Positions 50,783 through 64,000 of a stretch of 64,000 nt of DNA are shown here, piece after piece. This DNA comes from Eledone cirrhosa (taxonomy: Eukaryota). The DNA lies in NCBI GenBank assembly GCA_964016885.1, contig OZ024740.1, forward strand, positions 231,136,001 to 231,200,000, in the 5' to 3' direction. Under the pieces are notes generated by a model that saw nothing but the letters and a program-made list of their open reading frames with translations, ran no database searches and was not told the origin of the DNA. A program made the translations under genes and the position numbers. Within the stretch, counting starts at the first letter, position 1. Every line of letters starts with the position of its first letter.

Positions 50783-51538
50783 GTTTATAAAGATATATAT
50801 ATGTATATGTTTATATATATTTATATATATATGTATATGTTTATATATATGTTTATATATATGTATATGTTTATATATATGTATAAGTTTATATATATGT
50901 ATATATATATATGTTTATAATATATATGTTTATATATGTATATGTTTATATATGTATATGTTTATATATATGTATATGTTTTATATATATGTATATGTTT
51001 TATATATATGTATATGTTTATATATATGTATATGTTTATATATGTGTATGTTTATATATATATATGTTTATATATATGTATATGTTTATATATATATGTA
51101 TATGTTTATATATATTTTATGTATATGTTTATATGTATATGTTATATATATGTATATGTTGATATATATATATGTATGTTTATATATATGTATATGTTGA
51201 TATTATATATATGTATGTTTTATATATATGTATGTTTATATATATTTATGTATATGTTTATATGTATATGTTTATATATATGTATATGTTGATATATATA
51301 TATGTATGTTTATATATATGTATGTTTATATATATATGTATGTTTATATATATATATGTATGTTTATATATATATATGTATATGTTTATGTATATATATG
51401 TCTTTGTTTATGTATATATATGTATATGTTTATATGTATATGTTTATATATATATATATATGGATATATATATATATGGATATATTTATATATATGTATA
51501 TGTATATATATATATGTATATATATGTATATGTATATA

Positions 51539-51639
<101 letters not shown>

Positions 51640-51698
51640 GTATATGTATATATGTATATGTACATATATATGTAGATATATATATATATGTATATATG

Positions 51699-51761
<63 letters not shown>

Positions 51762-51926
51762 GCATATATATATATATATGTATATATATATATGTATATG
51801 TAGATATATATTTATATGTATATATATATGTATATATATATATAAATGTATATATATATGTATATGTATATATATATGTATATGTATATATGTATATATA
51901 TATGTATATGTATATATATATATATG

Positions 51927-51957
<31 letters not shown>

Positions 51958-52086
51958 GTATATATATGTATATATATATATGTATATGTATATGTATATG
52001 TATATATATATGTATATATATATATATATGTATATATATGTATATGTATATGTATATATATATGTATATATATATATATATGTATA

Positions 52087-52127
<41 letters not shown>

Positions 52128-52152
52128 ATATATGTATATATATATATGTATA

Positions 52153-52187
<35 letters not shown>

Positions 52188-52300
52188 ATATATGTATATG
52201 TATATATATATGTATATGTATATATATATGTATATGTATATATATATGTGTATATATATATGTATGTATATGTATATATATATATGTATATAAATATATG

Positions 52301-52403
<103 letters not shown>

Positions 52404-52577
52404 GTATATGTGTATATATGTGTATATATATGTATATGTGTATATATGTGTATATATATGTATATGTATATATATATATGTATATATATATATGTATATA
52501 TATATATGTATATATATATATGTATATATATATATGTATATATGTATATGTATGTATATATATGTATATATGTATAT

Positions 52578-52631
<54 letters not shown>

Positions 52632-52790
52632 ATGTATATATGTATATATATATGTATATATGTATATATATATATGTATATATGTATATGTATATATATA
52701 TGTATATATGTATATATATATATGTATATATGTATATGTATATATATATTGTATATATATATGTATATATATGTATATATATATGTATAT

Positions 52791-52977
52791 ATCTATCTAT
52801 CTATCTAAGGCGGGTAAAATTCCCGAGATCCATGGACGAGTTCTCTCCAGCGGTCTCTGTCCCTCATTATCGCTTGCCATATCCTGCATCTCCAACAGAC
52901 CAGTGTCTGTCCTTAGGGCATCAACATATGTTAACCTTGGTCTTCCTCTTCTAGTGTGTCCATGTAGGGGCTCCCAA
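52791..52977 (-). mobile_element. Family D LINE 3' fragment with (TAGA)n tail
   Basis: Reverse complement of 34918-35095 with few differences. Confidence 0.88.
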
Positions 52978-52993
52978 TATATATATGTATATA

Positions 52994-53038
<45 letters not shown>

Positions 53039-53141
53039 GTATATATATATGTATGTATATATGTATATATATATGTATATGTATATATGTATATATATAT
53101 ATATATGTATATATATATGTATATATATATGTATATATATG

Positions 53142-53190
<49 letters not shown>

Positions 53191-53217
53191 GTATATATGT
53201 ATATATATATGTATATG

Positions 53218-53248
<31 letters not shown>

Positions 53249-53391
53249 GTATATATATATATGTATATATGTATATATATATATGTATATATATATATGT
53301 ATATATATATATGTGTATATATATATATGTGTATATATATATGTATATATATATGTATATATGTATATATATATATGTATATATATATATG

Positions 53392-53438
<47 letters not shown>

Positions 53439-53623
53439 GTATATGTATATATGTATATATATATGTATATATATATGTATATATATTTATATATATATAT
53501 ATGTATATATATATGTATATATATGTATATATATATATATATGTATACATATATGTATATATATATGTATATATATATATGTATATATATGTATATGTAT
53601 ATATATGTATATGTATATATATG

Positions 53624-53670
<47 letters not shown>

Positions 53671-53691
53671 GTATGTATATATATATGTATG

Positions 53692-53760
<69 letters not shown>

Positions 53761-53804
53761 GTATATATATATATGTATATATATATATGTTATATATATA
53801 TATG

Positions 53805-53853
<49 letters not shown>

Positions 53854-53884
53854 GTATATATATATATGTATTTATATATATATG

Positions 53885-53947
<63 letters not shown>

Positions 53948-54353
53948 GTATATATATATATGTATATATATATATATGTTATATATATATATGTATATAT
54001 ATATATGTATATATATGTATATATATATGTATATATATATATGTATATATATGTGTATATATATGTATATATATATATATGTATATATATATGTATATAT
54101 ATATGTATATATATATGTATATATATATATATGTATATATATATATGTATATATATATATGTATATATGTATATATATGTATATATATATATGTATATAT
54201 TTTATATATATGTATATATATATATGTATATATATATGTATATATATATATATGTATATATATATGTTATATGTATATATATGTATATTTATATGTATAT
54301 ATGTATATATATGTATATATTATATATATATGTATATATATATATATGTATAT

Positions 54354-54418
<65 letters not shown>

Positions 54419-54430
54419 TGTATATATATG

Positions 54431-54528
<98 letters not shown>

Positions 54529-54529
54529 C

Positions 54530-54795
<266 letters not shown>

Positions 54796-54872
54796 GTATA
54801 TATGTATATATATATATGTATATATATATATATGTATATATATATATGTATATATATATATGTATATATATG

Positions 54873-54923
<51 letters not shown>

Positions 54924-54998
54924 GTATATATATATATGTATATATATATGTATATATGTATATATATATATGTATATATATATATGTATATATATATG

Positions 54999-55030
<32 letters not shown>

Positions 55031-55042
55031 TGTATATATATG

Positions 55043-55120
<78 letters not shown>

Positions 55121-55128
55121 TATATGTG

Positions 55129-55162
<34 letters not shown>

Positions 55163-55168
55163 TATGTG

Positions 55169-55247
<79 letters not shown>

Positions 55248-55258
55248 GTATATATATG

Positions 55259-55311
<53 letters not shown>

Positions 55312-55367
55312 GTATATATATGTATATATATATATGTATATATATATATGTATATATATATGTATAT

Positions 55368-55421
<54 letters not shown>

Positions 55422-55578
55422 GTATATATGTATATATGTATATATGTATATATATGTATATATATATATGTATATATGTATATATATATATGTATATATA
55501 TATATGTATATATGTATATATATATATATGTATATATGTATATATATATATATATGTATATATGTATATATATATATG

Positions 55579-55627
<49 letters not shown>

Positions 55628-55648
55628 GTATATATGTATATATATATG

Positions 55649-55695
<47 letters not shown>

Positions 55696-55718
55696 GTATA
55701 TATGTATATATATATATG

Positions 55719-55797
<79 letters not shown>

Positions 55798-55820
55798 GTA
55801 TATATGTATATATATATATG

Positions 55821-55903
<83 letters not shown>

Positions 55904-55977
55904 ATATATATATGTATATGTATATATATATATATGTATATATATATATGTATATGTATATATATATATATGTATAT

Positions 55978-56047
<70 letters not shown>

Positions 56048-56069
56048 GTGTATATATGTATATGTATAT

Positions 56070-56116
<47 letters not shown>

Positions 56117-56162
56117 GTATATATATATATGTATATATATATATATGTATAATATATATATG

Positions 56163-56193
<31 letters not shown>

Positions 56194-56254
56194 GTATATA
56201 TATATATGTATATATATATCTGTATATATATATATATATGTATATATATATCTG

Positions 56255-56285
<31 letters not shown>

Positions 56286-56327
56286 GTATATATATATATG
56301 TATATATATATATGTATGTATATATGT

Positions 56328-56400
<73 letters not shown>

Positions 56401-56528
56401 TATGTATATATATATATGTATGTATATATATATATGGTATATATATATATGTATATATATATATGTATATGTATATGTATATATATATATGTATATTATA
56501 TATATGTATATTATATTATATGTATATG

Positions 56529-56561
<33 letters not shown>

Positions 56562-56625
56562 GTATATATGTATATGTATGTATATGTATATATATGTATA
56601 TATATGTATATATATATATATATGT

Positions 56626-56659
<34 letters not shown>

Positions 56660-56758
56660 GTATATATATGTATATATATATATATATGTATATATATGTA
56701 TATATATATGTATGTATATATATATGTATATATATATATGTATATATATGTATATATG

Positions 56759-56791
<33 letters not shown>

Positions 56792-56818
56792 GTATATATA
56801 TGTATATATATATGTATG

Positions 56819-56893
<75 letters not shown>

Positions 56894-56898
56894 GTATG

Positions 56899-56997
<99 letters not shown>

Positions 56998-57028
56998 GTA
57001 TATATATATATATGTATATATATGTATG

Positions 57029-57061
<33 letters not shown>

Positions 57062-57120
57062 GTATATATATATATGTATATATATATATGTATATATATA
57101 TATGTATATGTATATACATG

Positions 57121-57171
<51 letters not shown>

Positions 57172-57552
57172 GTATATATATATATATGTATATATGTATA
57201 TATATGTATATATGTATATATATGTATATATATGTATATATGTATATGTATATATATATATATGTATATATATGTATATATATATATGTATATATAAATA
57301 TATATATGTATATATATATATGTATATATATATATGTATATGTATATATATATATGTATATATATATATGTATATGTATATATATATATGTATATATATA
57401 TGCATATATATATATGTATATATATATGTATATATGTATATATGCATATATGTGTATATATATATATGTGTATATATATATATGTGTATATATATGTATA
57501 TATATATGTATATATGTATATATGTATATATGTGTATATATATATATATGTG

Positions 57553-57583
<31 letters not shown>

Positions 57584-57612
57584 GTATATATATATATGTA
57601 TATATATATATG

Positions 57613-57643
<31 letters not shown>

Positions 57644-57672
57644 GTATATATATATATGTATATATATATATG

Positions 57673-57703
<31 letters not shown>

Positions 57704-57816
57704 GTATATGTATATATGTATATATGTATATATATATATATGTATATATGTATATGTATATATATATATGTATATGTATATATATATGTATATATATGTA
57801 TATATATACATATATG

Positions 57817-57850
<34 letters not shown>

Positions 57851-57862
57851 TGTATATATATG

Positions 57863-57895
<33 letters not shown>

Positions 57896-57896
57896 G

Positions 57897-57943
<47 letters not shown>

Positions 57944-57944
57944 G

Positions 57945-57976
<32 letters not shown>

Positions 57977-58005
57977 TGTATATATATGTATATATATGTA
58001 TATGT

Positions 58006-58039
<34 letters not shown>

Positions 58040-58535
58040 GTATATATATGTATATATATATATATATGTATATATATGTATATATATGTATATATATGTA
58101 TATATATGTATATATATGTATATATATGTATATATATATATATATGTATATGTATATATATATGTATATATATATGTATATATATATATGTATATATATG
58201 TATATATATATATATATGTATATATATATGTATATATATATGTATATATATATATGTATATATATGTATATATATGTATATATATGTATATATATGTGTA
58301 TATATATGTATATATATATATATATGTATATATATATGTATATATATATATATGTATATATATGTATATATATGTATATATATGTGTATATATATGTATA
58401 TGTATATATATGTGTATATATATGTATATATATATATATGTATATATATGTATATATATGTATATATATGTATATATATATATATATGTATATATGTATA
58501 TATATGTATATATATGTATATATATGTATATATAT

Positions 58536-58708
58536 GTTGGTAAACGGAATAGAAAATGCTGACAAATTGTTCACAGTTGAAAAACGGTTTAATTAGGAAT
58601 AAAAGAGTATTAGTGATTGTATGGGTTAGTATTCAGTTGTGGTTTTAAGTTTTTAAATTTTTACCGGTTGCGCATTTCTAAATGCTTTTCAAAAATAATT
58701 TTGAGGTA
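58536..58708 (-). other. Unique island in the microsatellite, possibly a Penelope ORF-end remnant
   Basis: Minus strand reads [11 protein letters not shown], resembling the KP.LN ending of Penelope GIY-YIG domains. Weak. Confidence 0.25.
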
Positions 58709-59080
58709 TATATATGTATATATATGTATATATATATGTATATATTTATATATGTATATATATATGTATATATATATGTATATATATGTATATATTTATA
58801 TATGTATATATTTATATATGTATATATATATGTATATATATATGTATATATATGTATATGTATATATATGTATATATTTATATATGTATATATTTATATA
58901 TGTATATATATATGTATATATATGTATATATTTATATATGTATATATTTATATATGTATATATATATGTATATATATATGTATATATATGTATATGTATA
59001 TATATGTATATATTTATATATGTATATATATATGTATATATATATATATATGTATATATTTATATATGTATATATATATG

Positions 59081-59111
<31 letters not shown>

Positions 59112-59136
59112 GTATATGTATATATATATGTATATA

Positions 59137-59171
<35 letters not shown>

Positions 59172-59208
59172 ATATATGTATTTATATATATATGTATATA
59201 TATATATG

Positions 59209-59287
<79 letters not shown>

Positions 59288-59311
59288 GTATAATATATAT
59301 GTATATATATG

Positions 59312-59342
<31 letters not shown>

Positions 59343-59382
59343 GTATAATATATATGTATATATATATATGTATATATATATG

Positions 59383-59413
<31 letters not shown>

Positions 59414-59474
59414 GTATATGTATATATATGTATATATATATATGTATATATATATATGTATATATATATATATG

Positions 59475-59523
<49 letters not shown>

Positions 59524-59606
59524 GTATATATATATATGTATATATATATATGTATATATATATATGTATATATATATATGTATATATATATGTATATATA
59601 TATATG

Positions 59607-59663
<57 letters not shown>

Positions 59664-59680
59664 GTATATATATTTATATG

Positions 59681-59763
<83 letters not shown>

Positions 59764-59776
59764 GTATATATATATG

Positions 59777-59909
<133 letters not shown>

Positions 59910-59922
59910 GTATATATATATG

Positions 59923-60099
<177 letters not shown>

Positions 60100-60114
60100 G
60101 TATATATATATGTG

Positions 60115-60161
<47 letters not shown>

Positions 60162-60204
60162 GTATATATATATATGTATATATATATGTATATTTATATA
60201 TGTG

Positions 60205-60254
<50 letters not shown>

Positions 60255-60268
60255 TATTTATATATGTG

Positions 60269-60299
<31 letters not shown>

Positions 60300-60302
60300 G
60301 TG

Positions 60303-60425
<123 letters not shown>

Positions 60426-60426
60426 G

Positions 60427-60507
<81 letters not shown>

Positions 60508-60532
60508 GTATATATGTATATTTATATATATG

Positions 60533-60563
<31 letters not shown>

Positions 60564-60616
60564 GTATATATATGTATATATGTATATATATGTATATATA
60601 TGTATATGTATATATG

Positions 60617-60647
<31 letters not shown>

Positions 60648-60658
60648 GTATATACATG

Positions 60659-60721
<63 letters not shown>

Positions 60722-61437
60722 GTATATATGTATATATATATATATGTATATATATATGTATATATATATGTATATATATATGTATATATATATGTATATA
60801 TATATGTATATATATATGTATGTATATATATATGTATGTATATGTATATATATATGTATGTATATATATATGTATGTATATGTATATATATATGTATATG
60901 TATGTATAGTATATGTATGTATATGTATATATATATGTATGTATATATGTATGTATATGTATATATATATGTATATATATATGTATATATATATGTATGT
61001 ATATATATATGTATGTATATATATATGTATGTATGTATGTATATATGTATGTATGTATATATATATGTATGTATATATATATGTATGTATATATGTATGT
61101 ATGTATATATATATGTATGTATGTATATATGTATGTATGTATATATGTATGTATGTATATATATATGTATGTATGTATATATGTATGTATGTATATATAT
61201 ATGTATGTATGTATATATATATGTATGTATATATATATGTATGTATGTATATATATATGTATGTATATATATATGTATGTATATATATATGTATGTATGT
61301 ATATATATATGTATGTATATATATATGTATGTATATATATGTATATATATATGTATGTATATATATATGTATGTATATACATATGTATGTATATACATAT
61401 GTATGTATATATATATGTATGTATATATATATGTATG

Positions 61438-61474
<37 letters not shown>

Positions 61475-62347
61475 TTATCTATATATATATATATATATAT
61501 ATACATATCGAAATGTACTAATAGTTATAGCCATTTAATATTGGAAAACTGATTTTTATCAGATTAATGAAAATTAAGCAAACAGTGTTCAAGATAGATG
61601 GTTTTATCGGAAAAAAATCACTTTAAATGCAGGTTGGAACACACAGATTGGTTGAAATTTGGATTATCAGAGCTATTCCCTTGTGTATTGTAATAAAGGA
61701 CTAATGGAAAAATACAAGCAGATTTGGTACAAAGAATAACATCTGCCCACAGTAACTATCATCATCATTTAATGTGCATATAAAAAAAATTTGCAAGATG
61801 GCCGTGGTATAAAGATTTTTTAATATAAGGACAAGAGACAAGAAGATATAAATATTTGAATTAATCAAAGATGTAAATATTTTGTTTGTAACTATATTAT
61901 TTTTTTTTTCATTTGATGTCAGCATGATTTAATTAATGTATTCCATAGTTGAATGGAAAAGACAGATTTAGTTTAAAACTGAAGATGAATTAAAATTTGC
62001 TAATCTGTACGATATATAACTATAATGTTTAGTTACATCTTACTACTTCTAAATTCACCTTCAATAAAAATTCTATAGGCAAAATCAATCTCAACAGGAT
62101 TTAAAATACCAACATAAAACAATGTAACTAAATACCAGAAGATATTTTGTCTGCAGCCTAGCTGGTTCTGATTGAATATCTATTTAAAAAAATATCATTG
62201 AAAATACTACTAATGATTGTGTCATCATCATAATTTTTACATCTGCTTTTCCATACTGGCATGGGTTGAACGAGACTTCCTGATGTCAAGTATATGGTGT
62301 ACCTATTCTAAAAAACTGGGGTACATACAGTAATGATTATATATATA

Positions 62348-63544
62348 TTCCAAACTTGGAAGCAGGGACTAGAAAGAAAGGGTCTCAAAGTCAACATGAC
62401 AAAGACTAAGGTAAGTAGACGAGAAAACAGAACCCAGATCCCCTCAGGGAAATGGCCTTGCTCAGTATGTAGGAAAGGTGTAGGTAGGAACTCCATTCTC
62501 TGCCCCAAATGCAAACAATGGGTACACAAGAGATGTAGCGGGATCTCAGGAAGCTTAATTAAGAATGTAGGCTTCACATGCAGCAGCTGTGCTGGGACAG
62601 CAAGCAGCAAACAGCCACAGGAAACAAGTACCACCAATCTCTGGGAGGGCTCTGTAGAAACAGTAGACAGCTTCTGCTACCTAGGTGACCGAATTAGCAG
62701 CAGAGGTGGGTGTTCAGAAAGTACAATAACTAGGGTAAGAACAGGATGGAAGAAGTTTAGGGAACTACTACCACTGCTAGTTGCAAAAGGCTTCTCCCTC
62801 AGAATGAAAGGCAGACTGTATGATGCGTGTATCCGAACAGCAATGCTGCATGGTAGTGAGACCTGGGCGCTGAAGGTGGAAGACTTACGTAGATTAGAGA
62901 GAAACGAAGCCTGCATGCTCCGATGGTTGTGTAACAGTAATATACGTGAACGACAAAGTATAAATGAATTGAGAGAGAGACTGAGCATAAGAGGAATCAA
63001 ATGCTGTGTGCAGGAGAGGCAGTTGCGCTGGTATGGACATGTGATGCGTATGAAGGATGACAGCTGCATAAAATGGTGCAGAGCACTAGAAGTCGATGGA
63101 AACCGCGGAGTGGGGAAACCCAAGATGACCTGGGATGAGGTGATAAAAGCCGACCTTACCCAACTACACCTCTCAAAGCCAATGACACACGACCGTGACC
63201 TCTGGCGTCACGCAGTAATACAGAGTACCCGACCTCCCATGGGTACAAGCTGAAGCATATAGACAATATGCCCCCACACCCCCCACCGCAAGGTGGTCGT
63301 GGAGGTGCCACGGCAAAAAAGCACCCAGCCCACACTGTAAAGTGAACGTGTAGGCGCCACGAAAAAGCACCCAGCACTCACTGTAAATGAGGTTGGTGTT
63401 AGGAAGGGCATCCAGCTGTAGAAATCAAGCCAAATCAGTTCCTGTATGAGCAAGGCATGGTCAGTTGACCAGACACTGCCCACAACACGTCTAACCCATG
63501 CTAGCGTGGAAGAACGGACGTAAAACGGTGATGATGATGATGAT
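62348..63544 (+). mobile_element. RTE family C 5'-truncated copy with open ORF2 C-terminus and PHD-like finger
   Basis: ORF 62333-63253: [40 protein letters not shown]; 3'UTR and (GAT)n tail. Confidence 0.95.
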
Positions 63545-63713
63545 ATATATATATAAATAATTATTTCTATATAGGGTTAGTTGACTGGAGTTGTGCAATC
63601 CACACTCCAATCAGTCAACAGTGATGCAAATAAAATCAAGTGCTCAACAACCTGCACTAATACAAGTTCGTTTTGCTGTTCATGCTGGAGCATACAGAAC
63701 AATAAATATAGTT

Positions 63714-63801
63714 ATTACTATCTGATGAACTCGGGATGTTAGATGGGTGAAATATACACCACCTAATTGTCAACCCCAGCAAAATATATATCATAGCTAA
63801 T
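63714..63801 (+). ncRNA. Type I hammerhead candidate with 30-nt loop III
   Basis: ATTACTAT-CTGATGA-ACTCG..TGGGT-GAA-ATATA-[30 nt]-TATAT-C-ATAGCTAAT; AUC triplet. Stems are AT-rich, so chance pairing is possible. Confidence 0.55.
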
Positions 63802-63844
63802 TAAACAAACTTATACACAACTTTGTATTACCATTGCTATATTT

Positions 63845-63847
<3 letters not shown>

Positions 63848-63906
<59 letters not shown>
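63848..63906. repeat. (CT)n microsatellite
   Basis: Direct inspection. Confidence 0.98.
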
Positions 63907-63907
<1 letters not shown>

Positions 63908-64000
63908 GTTTGTCTTGTTTTTGATTTTTTTTCTTTACTCAGACCTGTTTCCTGTTTCTCCTTTGTGATCGTGTCTCTATTTTGTATTCCTGAAGAAGAC

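Noticed and set aside
61600-61790. Possible exon (NGKIQADLVQRITSA)
   Set aside because: No clear splice sites; resembles a decayed LINE segment downstream of the YLG motif.
63990-64000. CTGAAGA, possible start of another hammerhead
   Set aside because: Truncated by the window end; stems cannot be evaluated.

Overview
Eukaryotic, AT-rich, repeat-saturated DNA with no convincing host protein-coding exon. The repeat inventory (RTE LINEs with (GAT)n tails, two tRNA-SINE families, very long TA microsatellites) resembles octopod cephalopod genomes; this is an inference. Layout: 1-6390 is a 41-bp tandem satellite. 6.4-30 kb is a patchwork of SINEs, LINE fragments (RTE, Dong/R4-like, Tx1-like) and MITEs, with a CpG-retaining, promoter-like stretch at 15.7-19.6 kb. 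30.7-61.5 kb is a strand-polarised (TA)nTG/(TA)nTGTT microsatellite sea with nested retroelement insertions. Most long ORFs in the track are microsatellite artefacts; the real ones are decayed RTE ORF2 pieces (APE endonuclease, RT, PHD-like finger). The most notable signal is not in the ORF track: about seven sequence-unrelated type I hammerhead-ribozyme motifs, several in Penelope-style elements with inverted terminal copies. One is a tandem two-hammerhead, 522-nt-monomer retrozyme-like element (46953-48716) with a second hammerhead element nested inside it. There is also a degenerate HDV-like ribozyme candidate and evidence of 3'-module swapping between RTE LINEs and a CORE-like SINE. All structures were folded and aligned by eye; none was computed or searched.
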